This document shows positions 28,462-38,339 of a DNA stretch of 64,000 nucleotides, piece by piece. Below the pieces are notes generated by a model. That model saw only the letters and a program-made list of their open reading frames with translations. It searched no databases and was not told the origin of the DNA. This DNA is from a virus. Location of the stretch: positions 47,076 through 111,075 of the IMG/VR virus record IMGVR_UViG_3300021962_000044; one strand, written 5' to 3'. Each line of letters opens with the position of its first letter. The stretch's first letter is position 1. Made by a program: the position numbers and the translations under genes.

Positions 28462-29397
28462 ATGTCAATAACAATAACAGGTGGAATAACAATATCCGGC
28501 GGAGGATGGACTCTAGAGGCACCCCCGGCTGGTAATAAGGCTATATTTGGATACGGAGCTGCTGTAGACAATGTCTACGTCAACGTGACCAATCTAGTGT
28601 CAAATACAGGTGTAGTTGCTACTGATACTGCTGGTGTAGGTACTGCTAGAAGTGGTCTTGCAGCCGCCGGCTATGGCGGTGATAAAGCTATATTTGGATA
28701 CGGAGCAACATCAGTTTTTGCTGATAGTAGTGTGTCAATGACAAACAAAGTATCAAATACAGGTGTGGTTGCGAGTGATACCACAGGTGTTGGTACTATT
28801 AGGAGATATCTTGCAGCCGCAGGTTATGGTGGTGATAAGGCTATATTTGGATATGGATATAATGGATCAACTAATGTATCAATAACCAACCTAGTATCAA
28901 ATACTGGTGTAGTTGCTACTGATACTGCAGGTGTTGGTACTGCTAGGTCTAATTTAGCAGCCGCAGGATATGGTAGTGATAAAGCTATATTTGGATATGG
29001 AAGTGGTCCAGTTTCAATAACCAACCTAGTATCAAATACTGGTGTAGTTGCTAATGATACTACAGGTGTCGGTACTGCTAGAACTCAACTTGCAGCCGCA
29101 GGATATGGCGGTGATAAAGCTATATTTGGATATGGATCCGCTAGTGGTTATGTATCAATAACCAATCTAGTATCAAACACTGGTGTAGTTGGTAATGATG
29201 TTACAGGCGTCGGTACTGCTAGAGGATCACCTGCAGCCGCAACATATGGTACTGATAAAGCTATATTTGGATATGGTTACACCAGTGTCACATGGACCGC
29301 AATAACCAACCTAGTATCAAACACAGGTGTAGTTGCTAGTGATACTGCTGGTGTTGGTACTGCTAGATATGGATTGGCAGCCGCAGCCTACGGTTAA
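28462..29397 (+). CDS. Six-repeat (Kelch-like beta-propeller) protein, probably virion-associated
   Basis: Six 45-51 aa units KAIFGYG-variable-TNLVSNTGVVAxDTxGVGTARxxLAAAGYG. Confidence 0.7.
   Translation: MSITITGGITISGGGWTLEAPPAGNKAIFGYGAAVDNVYVNVTNLVSNTGVVATDTAGVGTARSGLAAAGYGGDKAIFGYGATSVFADSSVSMTNKVSNTGVVASDTTGVGTIRRYLAAAGYGGDKAIFGYGYNGSTNVSITNLVSNTGVVATDTAGVGTARSNLAAAGYGSDKAIFGYGSGPVSITNLVSNTGVVANDTTGVGTARTQLAAAGYGGDKAIFGYGSASGYVSITNLVSNTGVVGNDVTGVGTARGSPAAATYGTDKAIFGYGYTSVTWTAITNLVSNTGVVASDTAGVGTARYGLAAAAYG
28533..29394 (+). repeat. Coding tandem repeat, 6 units of 135-153 bp
   Basis: gctatatttggata at 28540, 28687, 28840, 28984, 29119 and 29260. Confidence 0.9.
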
Positions 29398-29452
29398 ACA
29401 ACAATTTACCATAATCATTGCTAATCAAATCATTCTATGTTATAATAGCTAA

Positions 29453-30079
29453 ATGATTAAGTTAACAGTACCATTACCCAAAAGTATCACAATCGCATTC
29501 AGTGGCGGTGTTGACTCTTGCGCTATCGTTGACTTTCTAAGTCGTAAACATAATGTCTCTTGCGCTTACTTTCATCACGGTACTACACATGGTAATAAAT
29601 CACTAGAGTTTGTATCTAACTTCTGCGAAAATAGAAATATACCATTATATCTAGGTGTGCTAAATCGTGATAAACCTAAATCAATGAGTCAAGAAGAATT
29701 CTGGAGAGAAGAACGATATCAATATTTCGCTACTCTCGGTCCAGTTATTACTGCTCATCACTTGGATGACTGCGTAGAAACATATATCTGGTCAAGTCTT
29801 CATGGTACACCCAAAGTCATTCCATTAACAAGAGACAATGTATTAAGACCATTTCTAACTACAAGAAAAGAAGATTTCATATATTGGTGCGAAAGTCATA
29901 ACATTGAATGGTGTGAGGATAACTCTAATAAAAATAACAAATATATCCGCAATTACATTCGCAATGAACTAATGCCACACGCATTACGAGTTAACCCAGG
30001 TTTACATACTTTGGTCAAAAAGATCGTAGAAGGTAAAAAAATACTTGACTTCTCTACACAACTCAAGTATACTAACTAA
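29453..30079 (+). CDS. tilS: tRNA(Ile)-lysidine synthase-like PP-loop ATPase (N-terminal domain only)
   Basis: AFSGGVDS, TAHHLDDCVET, RPFL, EDNSN....RNYIRN. Confidence 0.85.
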   Translation: MIKLTVPLPKSITIAFSGGVDSCAIVDFLSRKHNVSCAYFHHGTTHGNKSLEFVSNFCENRNIPLYLGVLNRDKPKSMSQEEFWREERYQYFATLGPVITAHHLDDCVETYIWSSLHGTPKVIPLTRDNVLRPFLTTRKEDFIYWCESHNIEWCEDNSNKNNKYIRNYIRNELMPHALRVNPGLHTLVKKIVEGKKILDFSTQLKYTN

Positions 30080-30096
30080 TTATTTAAGGAGAAACT

Positions 30097-30363
30097 ATGT
30101 CGGATTATAACAGAACGTTTAATGGTGAGGCAAAAATTAAGCTTACCCAAATCGTAAATGAAGGGATGCATGTACTACATGAAATTGATACATTGAATGG
30201 TGGATTAAATGACACTATTAAAGCGGTGGCTGATGAGCTGGAAATTAAAGCTAGTACATTAAAGAAAGCAATTAAAATTGCACACAAGGCATCATTAGGT
30301 CAGACTAACAAGGATCACGATGAACTCAATACAATCCTAGAAACTGTGGGAAAAACGCTTTGA
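30097..30363 (+). CDS. Small dsDNA-binding protein (T4 DsbA/GapR-like)
   Basis: Helical 88-aa protein with D.IK....E..I....LKKAIKIAHK pattern, upstream of the polymerase; AAGGAG SD. Confidence 0.55.
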   Translation: MSDYNRTFNGEAKIKLTQIVNEGMHVLHEIDTLNGGLNDTIKAVADELEIKASTLKKAIKIAHKASLGQTNKDHDELNTILETVGKTL

Positions 30364-33077
30364 GTTATGTGGATGCTATTCATAGTAAAGACGAAGACCG
30401 TATCTATGTAGTAGAACGATCTCCTGAGGGTAAACGATTGTATAAAGAATACCCTACTAACTATGTATTGTATTATCCTGATAACAAAGGTAAACATCGT
30501 AGTATCTATGGTGATCCAGTCAGTCGTTTTAGCACACGCAAACGACAAGAGTTTGAAAAAGAAAGACGCATCCACTCAAATAAAAAACTATTTGAGAGTG
30601 ATGTGCCAGTAGTCTTCCGTTGTCTAAGTGAAAACTATCTTAAGGTTGATGCACCTAAACTTCATACTTGCTTCTTTGACATTGAGGTGGACTTTGATCC
30701 TGAAAAGGGTTTTAGTCCTACTAGTGATCCATTCAATCCTGTTACAGCTATCAGTTGTTACTTAGATTGGCTAGATCAATGCATTACATTAGTGATTGCT
30801 CCGAAACATATGAGCAGTGAAACAGCCCAAGAAATCACTAATGAGTTTGAAAACACAATGCTTTTCAAATCAGAGAAAGAAATGTTTGACGTTTTCTTTC
30901 AATTAATAGATGATGCCGATGTATTAACTGGGTGGAACTCAGAAGGCTATGATATACCCTATATGGTCAATCGTGTTACTAGAGTGATGAGTAAAGATGA
31001 CACACGCAAGTTTTGCTTGATGGGTCAATTACCTAAAGCTAGAGAATATGAACGATTCGGTAAGAGTGAAACAACTTATGACTTGGTAGGTCGTATTCAC
31101 TTAGACTATCTACAATTATACAAAAAGTATAACTATGAATCACGCCATAGTTATAAACTAGACAGTATCGGTGAGATGGAAGTAGGTGAAAACAAAACAC
31201 AATATGAAGGTACTCTTGACCAACTGTATAACAAAGACTTTAAGAAGTTTATTGAATACAACAGACAAGATACAATGTTGTTGGTGAAGATTCACAACAA
31301 ACTTAAGTTTTTAGAATTAGCTAATCAACTTGCACATGAGAACACAGTATTATTACCGACAGTAATGGGTTCTGTAGCAATGATTGAGATGGCAATTTTT
31401 AATGAAGCACATGAACGTGGCTTAGTAGTACCAGATAAAAAACGAAAGGTTGAAAATGAAGAAGATGTCCAGCAGGCAGCAGGTGCCTTTGTTGCTACGC
31501 CGAAAAGAGGCATGCATGAATATGTCGGAGCAGTTGACATTAACTCACTCTATCCCTCGGTTATTCGTGCCCTCAACATGGCAGGTGAAACCATCGTTGC
31601 TCAGGTCAGACAAACAATCACTGACCAATATATGCAAGACAAAGGCGTGCGATTAGCAAGTGAAAAGAAACGTCACAAAGAAGGTGATGACGCAGTTACA
31701 GGAAGTATTCTCTGGGAGAATCTGTTTGGTGCATTAGAGTATACTGCTATTATGAACCAAGAACGTGGTACAATTCTTACTATTGACTTTGAAGATGGTC
31801 GTAGTGTAGAAATGAGTGCGGCAGAAATCTGGAAGATGATATTTGATAGTCATAAGCCTTGGATGTTAAGTGCTAATGGCACAATCTTTACTTATGAAAA
31901 AGAAGGTGTTGTTCCCGGTCTACTTACACGCTGGTATACAGAACGTAAAGTTATTCAGAAACAAGCTAAAGAAGCATATGGTACTGATATGTATGATTAC
32001 TACGACAAACGACAACTTGTTCGTAAGATTTTACTTAACTCAGCATATGGTGCATTGTTAAATGAACATTGTCGTTTTTATGATAAACGTATAGGTCAAT
32101 CAGTAACACTATCTGGTCGACAAATTGTTAAGCATATGATGAGTACTATCAATGAAACAGTTGAAGGTATCTATTCGCATGAAGGTAATGCTATTGTGTA
32201 TGGTGATACTGACAGTTGTTATTTTACAGCTTATCCAACACTAAAGCCACAGATTGAATCTGGTGCATTAGAGTGGAATAAAGAAACCTGTATCGGTTTA
32301 TATGATGGTATTGCTGAACAAGCAAATGAAAGTTTCCCATCATTCATGGAACGTGCTTTTCATGCTCCAAGAAAGAACGGGGAGATTATCAAAGCTGGTC
32401 GTGAATTGATTGGTGATCGTAGTATCTTTATTACTAAAAAACGTTATGCTATCAATATTTTTGATAAAGAGGGCAAACGTAAAGATAAAGATGGAGTAGC
32501 AGGTGATATCAAGGCAATGGGTCTTGATTTAAAACGTGCAGACACACCTAAGTATGTACAAGAGTTTTTAATGAATGTACTACAAATGGTTTTACAACAA
32601 GGTAAAGGTCGTGATGATGTGATTGAAGCCGTAAAGGATTTCAAACGTATCTTAACTGCACAAGATAGTTGGACTAAAGGTTCACCTAAAGGCGTAAACA
32701 AACTTACGATGTATGGTGATTTAGAAGCAAAAAGTAGTACAGGTCGTGCTAATATGCCCGGTCACGTTAGAGCGGCATTGAACTACAATTATTTACGCAA
32801 AGTAAATGGAGACAACTATAGTCAAAAGATTATTGATGGTATGAAGGTTGTTGTATGTAAACTTAAAAGTAATCCATTAGGATTTACATCAATAGCTTAT
32901 CCTGTTGATGAATTAAGATTACCACAATGGTTTACTGAGTTACCATTTGATGATCAGGCTATGGAACAAACGTTAGTAGATGAGAAGATTGATAATTTAT
33001 TGGGTGTATTAGATTGGGATATTCGTAGCAATACAGATACTAACAGTACATTTGATGATTTATTCAGTTTCGGTTAA
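30360..33077 (+). CDS. Family B DNA polymerase (T4 gp43-like)
   Basis: ExoI FDIE, ExoII GWNSEGYD, ExoIII YNRQD, motif A DINSLYPS, motif B KILLNSAYG, motif C YGDTDS, KKRY; no intron or intein. Confidence 0.97.
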   Translation: MSYVDAIHSKDEDRIYVVERSPEGKRLYKEYPTNYVLYYPDNKGKHRSIYGDPVSRFSTRKRQEFEKERRIHSNKKLFESDVPVVFRCLSENYLKVDAPKLHTCFFDIEVDFDPEKGFSPTSDPFNPVTAISCYLDWLDQCITLVIAPKHMSSETAQEITNEFENTMLFKSEKEMFDVFFQLIDDADVLTGWNSEGYDIPYMVNRVTRVMSKDDTRKFCLMGQLPKAREYERFGKSETTYDLVGRIHLDYLQLYKKYNYESRHSYKLDSIGEMEVGENKTQYEGTLDQLYNKDFKKFIEYNRQDTMLLVKIHNKLKFLELANQLAHENTVLLPTVMGSVAMIEMAIFNEAHERGLVVPDKKRKVENEEDVQQAAGAFVATPKRGMHEYVGAVDINSLYPSVIRALNMAGETIVAQVRQTITDQYMQDKGVRLASEKKRHKEGDDAVTGSILWENLFGALEYTAIMNQERGTILTIDFEDGRSVEMSAAEIWKMIFDSHKPWMLSANGTIFTYEKEGVVPGLLTRWYTERKVIQKQAKEAYGTDMYDYYDKRQLVRKILLNSAYGALLNEHCRFYDKRIGQSVTLSGRQIVKHMMSTINETVEGIYSHEGNAIVYGDTDSCYFTAYPTLKPQIESGALEWNKETCIGLYDGIAEQANESFPSFMERAFHAPRKNGEIIKAGRELIGDRSIFITKKRYAINIFDKEGKRKDKDGVAGDIKAMGLDLKRADTPKYVQEFLMNVLQMVLQQGKGRDDVIEAVKDFKRILTAQDSWTKGSPKGVNKLTMYGDLEAKSSTGRANMPGHVRAALNYNYLRKVNGDNYSQKIIDGMKVVVCKLKSNPLGFTSIAYPVDELRLPQWFTELPFDDQAMEQTLVDEKIDNLLGVLDWDIRSNTDTNSTFDDLFSFG

Positions 33078-33155
33078 ATTGGTGTTGCTATTCGCAATAT
33101 ATTCCGTTATAATACACATTATAACTACCTAAATAGTTTAAACAAAGGAAAAAAC

Positions 33156-33887
33156 ATGAAAGATAATTTACAAGATTTAATTCAATATACACATGGCTTA
33201 GGCTGTATTGATTTAATTAAAGTCAGTGGTACTGACACAGAGACGACACTAAATGCTATTGCAGAAGATAAAAGTGTAATTGTTAGTGGTGCATTTAAAA
33301 ATCCTAACGCAGAGTTTATTGGTACTTTTGGTATGCCTAACTTAGGCAAGCTAAAAACAATTTTAAGCTTTGAAGATTATGATGAACATGCTAAAATCAA
33401 TGTTGTTCGTGGAACACGTGATGACCCAAATGCTCCTGCTAATATTCACTTTGAAACAAAAGCAGGTGATTTCATTAACGATTATCGTTTAATGGGAAAA
33501 GCTATTGTTGAAGAAAAAGTCAAATCAGTTACATTTAAAGGTGCTACTTGGAATGTAGAATTTGAACCTTCTATTGCTGGCATTCAACGATTGAAACGTC
33601 AAGCAAGTGCTAATAGTGAAGAAAAGAACTTTACTACTAAAACAGAAAACGGTGACTTGAAGATTTTCTTTGGAGACCCGTCAACTCACAGTGGTAACTT
33701 TGTGTTTCAACCAGGTGTTACTGGTTCATTAGCTAAAGCATGGATGTGGCCTGTTAAAGAATTTCTAAGTATTATGGATCTTCCAGGTGACAAAACTGTT
33801 CGTATTTCTGATGCAGGAGCGGCAGAGGTTACAGTTGATAGTGGTCTTGCAACATATCGTTACTTACTCCCAGCACAAGCAAAATGA
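33156..33887 (+). CDS. Probable DNA sliding clamp (gp45/PCNA-like)
   Basis: 243 aa immediately after the polymerase, alternating beta/alpha pattern, C-terminal YRYLLP; a clamp loader is present in the window. Confidence 0.55.
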   Translation: MKDNLQDLIQYTHGLGCIDLIKVSGTDTETTLNAIAEDKSVIVSGAFKNPNAEFIGTFGMPNLGKLKTILSFEDYDEHAKINVVRGTRDDPNAPANIHFETKAGDFINDYRLMGKAIVEEKVKSVTFKGATWNVEFEPSIAGIQRLKRQASANSEEKNFTTKTENGDLKIFFGDPSTHSGNFVFQPGVTGSLAKAWMWPVKEFLSIMDLPGDKTVRISDAGAAEVTVDSGLATYRYLLPAQAK

Positions 33888-34255
33888 TTAAAAGTTTAAG
33901 TACTAGCAGTCCTTTTCTAACAGTATCAGGTGGCAATCCTGGATCTACTTATATAGGTAACTATAGCAATAGTCCTGGTGTGGGTAATATGCGATATAAC
34001 CCCAATAATCAGAATGTAGAAGTGTATGACGGTAGTACTTGGATTATTCTTTCAGCACATCATGCTAGTATAAACTTAAATGATGAAACAGTTAGATTGT
34101 TAGAGTGGGCTAAAAAGAAAATGCTAGAAGAAGCCGAGCGCAACAAATTAGCAGAAACAAATCCCACTATTAAAGATTTGATGGAACAAATCAGAGACAA
34201 AGAAGAACAAGTTCGTATTGTTCAAACATTGATTAAAGAAGAAGTAAGAGTTTAA
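33884..34255 (+). CDS. Hypothetical protein
   Basis: 123 aa, overlaps both neighbours; C-terminal coiled coil. Confidence 0.6.
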   Translation: MIKSLSTSSPFLTVSGGNPGSTYIGNYSNSPGVGNMRYNPNNQNVEVYDGSTWIILSAHHASINLNDETVRLLEWAKKKMLEEAERNKLAETNPTIKDLMEQIRDKEEQVRIVQTLIKEEVRV

Positions 34256-35847
34256 TGGAACAAGATAATCTATCAGCAAAGCAAAGCCCTGATTGGGCAT
34301 TGTTTTTACCCGCAGTCAGTAGTTTTTATATTTCTGGTTTAGGTAAGCAACGTAAGGGTGAACAATATTTTGACCCTGCACGTATCCCTGCAAAATTTAA
34401 CGGTGATGTAGAGAAACTAAACTTTCTTAATAGTAAAGAAGGTCTCTATTATTATAAATGGGGACTATACTCTGCTGGTCATGCTAACTTAGATACTACT
34501 AAAGACGATGCTAGTGAATCAATCATTAGAGAACGTGAAGAAGGTACATTTATGTTGGGTGACTCTGGTGGATTTCAAATTCTTAAAGGACAATGGCCAG
34601 CTGATTGGAAAGATCCTAATTGCCCTAAAGCTATGATAAAGCGTAAAGCAGTATTGAACTGGATGGATACATACATGGACTATGGCATGGTCCTTGATAT
34701 TCCTTCACAATCATTAACTACCTTTCATATGAAGGATCCTAAAACAATTGAAAAAGATGTACATGGTAATGATATTCCGGGTAGTGGAGTAAGTCTTCAT
34801 GGAATTCAATTTATTGCAGATGCAGTTAAAGCTACTCATATCAATAACGAATACTTCATTAACAATCGTTCGGGCAAATGTAAATTCTTAAACGTATTAC
34901 AAGGTCGTACACATACACAATCAAACGATTGGTATAATGAGATGAAAAAGTATTGCGATCCAAATATCTATCCAGATAATCATTTTAATGGTTGGGCATT
35001 TGGTGGTCAAAACAAAATTGATCCACACTTAATGCTAACACGTATGATTGATATTATACATGATGGATTGTTAGTAGAAGATAAACATGATTTAATTCAT
35101 TGTTTGGGTACAAGTATTTTAGAGTATGCTGTCTTGTTTACTGAAATTCAAAAAGCTATTCGTAAATATCATAACCCAAAACTTAAGATTACATTTGATT
35201 GTGCAAGCCCATTCTATAGTGCGGCTAAAGGATTAGCATATTTCAATACTAATATTGAGCATGATAAAAAATGGTCATACAGTATGGAAAAGACGGCCGA
35301 GAAAAAAGATTATGCCAATGACACTAGAAAATACAGAGATGCTGTATTAGCTGAAGGTATCCATAATCTATTTACAGATAGTCCAGTAACTGATAAACTA
35401 GTGCTTAAGGATATGTGTTATCGTGGTCATGGTTTTTTAGGTCAACATAACAAAGAAACCAAAACTAGTTGGGATACATTGAGTTATACATTGATTCAAA
35501 GTCATAATGTATGGATGCATATGAATGCTGTTCAAGAGGCTAATCGTCAATATGAACAAGGTGTTGTACCTAAAATGCTTATTCATAAACTTGAAGGTAG
35601 TAAGTTTTTTAGTAAGGTAATTGATGAAATCTTTAGTAAAAAAACTAAACAAGAAGCTATTGACCTAATTGATTATTATAGTAGTTATTGGATGCAGTTT
35701 CAATCTGGTAGTCAGGGAATTAGTGGTAAGAAAACTGCTAATGCAATGACTAGCTTTGACAGGTTATTTATTGTAGAAGATAAACCAAAATTTGAAGAAG
35801 AAATAGAAGATAGTGATGATGCAATGAATGAGGTATTAGGAGAATGA
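34255..35847 (+). CDS. dpdA: DpdA/TGT-like guanine transglycosylase (7-deazaguanine DNA insertion)
   Basis: MLGDSGGFQ, MVLDIP, VLQG, GWAFGG, IHCLG, TFDCASP, HN: TGT-barrel motifs; clustered with folE, queD and queE. Confidence 0.75.
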   Translation: MEQDNLSAKQSPDWALFLPAVSSFYISGLGKQRKGEQYFDPARIPAKFNGDVEKLNFLNSKEGLYYYKWGLYSAGHANLDTTKDDASESIIREREEGTFMLGDSGGFQILKGQWPADWKDPNCPKAMIKRKAVLNWMDTYMDYGMVLDIPSQSLTTFHMKDPKTIEKDVHGNDIPGSGVSLHGIQFIADAVKATHINNEYFINNRSGKCKFLNVLQGRTHTQSNDWYNEMKKYCDPNIYPDNHFNGWAFGGQNKIDPHLMLTRMIDIIHDGLLVEDKHDLIHCLGTSILEYAVLFTEIQKAIRKYHNPKLKITFDCASPFYSAAKGLAYFNTNIEHDKKWSYSMEKTAEKKDYANDTRKYRDAVLAEGIHNLFTDSPVTDKLVLKDMCYRGHGFLGQHNKETKTSWDTLSYTLIQSHNVWMHMNAVQEANRQYEQGVVPKMLIHKLEGSKFFSKVIDEIFSKKTKQEAIDLIDYYSSYWMQFQSGSQGISGKKTANAMTSFDRLFIVEDKPKFEEEIEDSDDAMNEVLGE

Positions 35848-35848
35848 T

Positions 35849-36061
35849 ATGCCATATAAACAACGTATTAAAACTTTAGAAGAATCACATAGATTAGTTG
35901 AGAATCAAATCTTTCAATTAGAGAAGTCTGGTAGTACTGATATTGAAAAAATTAAAAGTTTAAAAGAACTTAAGGATAAGTATTTTACTGAATTGCGTTC
36001 ATTGAATAGAGCGCAATGGGATCATGACCATGAAAGAGTAGATTTAGATGATGACCGTTAA
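35849..36061 (+). CDS. Small coiled-coil protein (DUF465-like)
   Basis: L.ESH..V..QI..LE....I..LK.LK pattern. Confidence 0.5.
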   Translation: MPYKQRIKTLEESHRLVENQIFQLEKSGSTDIEKIKSLKELKDKYFTELRSLNRAQWDHDHERVDLDDDR

Positions 36062-36275
36062 TCCAGCACTTACTATAAAATCAACAATGACTAGTGATAC
36101 CCAGGACTCTATTATTACCTTTACTGGTGGTTCAGATGAAATGTTACGTATTGCAAAAGATGGGTTTTATATACGTGGTAAACGGGTAAATCAGGATGAC
36201 AAAGAAGCAGAATTAGTGTATAATACATTTCATCAATGGTTAACATGGGCAACACTTAATAGGGATTACAAATGA
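36048..36275 (+). CDS. Hypothetical protein
   Basis: 75-aa ORF in an operon. Confidence 0.5.
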   Translation: MMTVNPALTIKSTMTSDTQDSIITFTGGSDEMLRIAKDGFYIRGKRVNQDDKEAELVYNTFHQWLTWATLNRDYK

Positions 36276-36727
36276 TAGAACAACATGAACAAGCAATGGC
36301 AGAGAAACGTTCTCGCATTAAAGATAAAGCATTACGTACAATTTTTGTGCGTTTTCAAAAAGAAGGTATTCACAAATACCCAGCGGCAGCAACAGACCCA
36401 TCACTTGCTACAGGTGATGAGTATGATGTTAGCTTTTTAGCTACTCCACATAGACACATCTTTCATTTTGATGTGGCTATTGAAGTATTTCACAACGACC
36501 GTGATATTGAGTTTATTCAGTTTAAAAGATGGTTAGAGAATCAATATTCTCAAGGCATACTAGAATTGGATTACAAAAGTTGTGAAATGATTAGTGATGA
36601 CCTCTATGAAGTTATTGCAACTCGGTATCCAGATCGTAGTATCGCTATTCAAGTATCAGAAGATAATGAGAATGGTGCTCATATTGTCTATAACACAACA
36701 ACAAATTTACATAAACTCGCTATTTAA
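36272..36727 (+). CDS. QueD-like T-fold protein (second paralog)
   Basis: GIHKY...PHRHIFHF (HxH metal site), DIEF..FK, SCEMI and VSED resemble the PTPS/QueD fold. Confidence 0.6.
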   Translation: MIEQHEQAMAEKRSRIKDKALRTIFVRFQKEGIHKYPAAATDPSLATGDEYDVSFLATPHRHIFHFDVAIEVFHNDRDIEFIQFKRWLENQYSQGILELDYKSCEMISDDLYEVIATRYPDRSIAIQVSEDNENGAHIVYNTTTNLHKLAI

Positions 36728-36739
36728 AAGGAAATAAAA

Positions 36740-36940
36740 ATGGCAAAACAACAATCTAACCCACGTGTTCAACAAATCTTTGAGGATCTAGAAAACTATC
36801 TAGCTTTCTGTCAAGATTTCGGATACAAGTTTGATGAATCAACACTATATGATATGCGTAGCTTTGCATATCGTCAATTTAGTAAGGCAGTAACTGGCAA
36901 GTGGGCTAAAGATCAATGGCAGGAAGACGCACGTCCATGA
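36740..36940 (+). CDS. Hypothetical protein
   Basis: 66 aa with AAGGA SD. Confidence 0.6.
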   Translation: MAKQQSNPRVQQIFEDLENYLAFCQDFGYKFDESTLYDMRSFAYRQFSKAVTGKWAKDQWQEDARP

Positions 36941-38115
36941 GAAAACTGTTTTACATGGGGCTTGAACCTTATAAAGCACGTTACACTTTGCAATTACAAG
37001 AGTGGAATGAACGTGTCTTTAAACGTAGAGGTATTAACTATGTTATCGTTCCCGGCGAAACATTAAGTAATGATCAAGCTATTGTTACAGGACAAGTATT
37101 AGATGCTCATGGTCGTACATACTTTGGCATGAGTCAATTAATGAATTTAGTTAAAATGATGAAGGCAGGAGAATGTAGTAATGAAGATATTGTCTACTTT
37201 GAAGATATGTTTCAACCAGGTATTGAAAGTTTGCCTTATATACTTAAGCAAGTTCCTGCTAATCTGCGTCCTCGTATATTTGTCCGTTGTCTTGCTCAGT
37301 CAATTGATCCGGATGATTTCGTACATGTATGGGGTATGAGTGAGTTCATGGGTCACTATGAAAAGATGGTTGATTCATTTGTTGATGGCGTATTAGCTAC
37401 CAACGAAGAAATGATTATGCATATGAAGATTGCTGGTTGGAAGGCTCCATTATATAACGTTAGCGGTCTTGCATTTGGTAAGGATGAAGTTCGTAATCGG
37501 ATTGAAGGTCCGTTAAAACCCTTCAATGAACGTAAAATGCGTGTAGCATTTTCAGCAAGATGGGATCAAGAGAAACAACCTGATTTCTATATGGATTTGA
37601 TTGAAGCATTTTATGCTAGGTCTAATACTAAAGTAGAGTTCTGCGTATTCAGTGGTAGCAAGTTAAAAAGTAATAACGAAAGTTACATGGAACGTACCCG
37701 AAAACTTCAAAGTCAAGGTAAACTAGTTATCTATGAAGATTTAGAAAAGAATGCATATTATGAATTACTAAATGACACAAGAGTATTGTTTAACTGTGCA
37801 TTGCAAGACTGGGTAAGTAATACAGTTAGTGAAGCAGATACATTGGGTTGTAATGTATTATATCCAGCATATCGTTCATTCCCGGAAACGTTTGCTAATG
37901 ATAATACACGATTATATATTCCCTGGAGTATTGATGATGCTATGTCTAAATTGCAAAATTTGTTAGTAGCACCACATAACTATCAAGGTCGTATTAGTAA
38001 TTACAATGATGGTACTATTGACCGTATCTGTGATATTATGGAAGGCAACGGGGAACAATATTTACGTATGAGTAACGACTATCGTAAATACACAAGAGAA
38101 ACAAAATACTCATAA
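36937..38115 (+). CDS. GT-B-fold glycosyltransferase
   Basis: FSARWDQEKQPDF, Y.ELL...RVLFN.A.QD.VS.TV.EA..LGC.VLYP: GT4-like C-terminal domain. Start at the ATGA overlap, 36937. Confidence 0.75.
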   Translation: MRKLFYMGLEPYKARYTLQLQEWNERVFKRRGINYVIVPGETLSNDQAIVTGQVLDAHGRTYFGMSQLMNLVKMMKAGECSNEDIVYFEDMFQPGIESLPYILKQVPANLRPRIFVRCLAQSIDPDDFVHVWGMSEFMGHYEKMVDSFVDGVLATNEEMIMHMKIAGWKAPLYNVSGLAFGKDEVRNRIEGPLKPFNERKMRVAFSARWDQEKQPDFYMDLIEAFYARSNTKVEFCVFSGSKLKSNNESYMERTRKLQSQGKLVIYEDLEKNAYYELLNDTRVLFNCALQDWVSNTVSEADTLGCNVLYPAYRSFPETFANDNTRLYIPWSIDDAMSKLQNLLVAPHNYQGRISNYNDGTIDRICDIMEGNGEQYLRMSNDYRKYTRETKYS

Positions 38116-38132
38116 CATTTAAAGGAAACAAA

Positions 38133-38327
38133 ATGAGCGCACAAAATGATATTGAAACAAGCTTGGCAGCATACAATGCCGAGAACGATAAGTTTAACAA
38201 AGGCAATGCAGCCGCTGGTACACGTGCCCGTAAAGCATTAGCAGAGTTAGCTAAAGCAGTTAAGGCTCGCCGTAATGAAATTACAGCAGAAAAAGCCGCA
38301 CGTGCAGAAGCAAAAGCTAAGGCTTAA
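38133..38327 (+). CDS. Histone H1-like Hc1-family basic protein
   Basis: KGNAAAGTRARKAL.EL.K..K..R signature. Confidence 0.75.
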   Translation: MSAQNDIETSLAAYNAENDKFNKGNAAAGTRARKALAELAKAVKARRNEITAEKAARAEAKAKA

Positions 38328-38339
38328 TCGAACAACATT

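Noticed and set aside
28533-29394. CRISPR-like repeat array
   Set aside because: Units are 135-153 bp, in frame and vary at synonymous sites, so this is a coding repeat; no cas genes are present.
29453-30079. QueC assignment for the SGGxDS protein
   Set aside because: It has TilS motifs (AHHLDD.ET, RPFL, D.SN...RN.IR) and lacks the QueC C-terminal zinc-binding cysteines.
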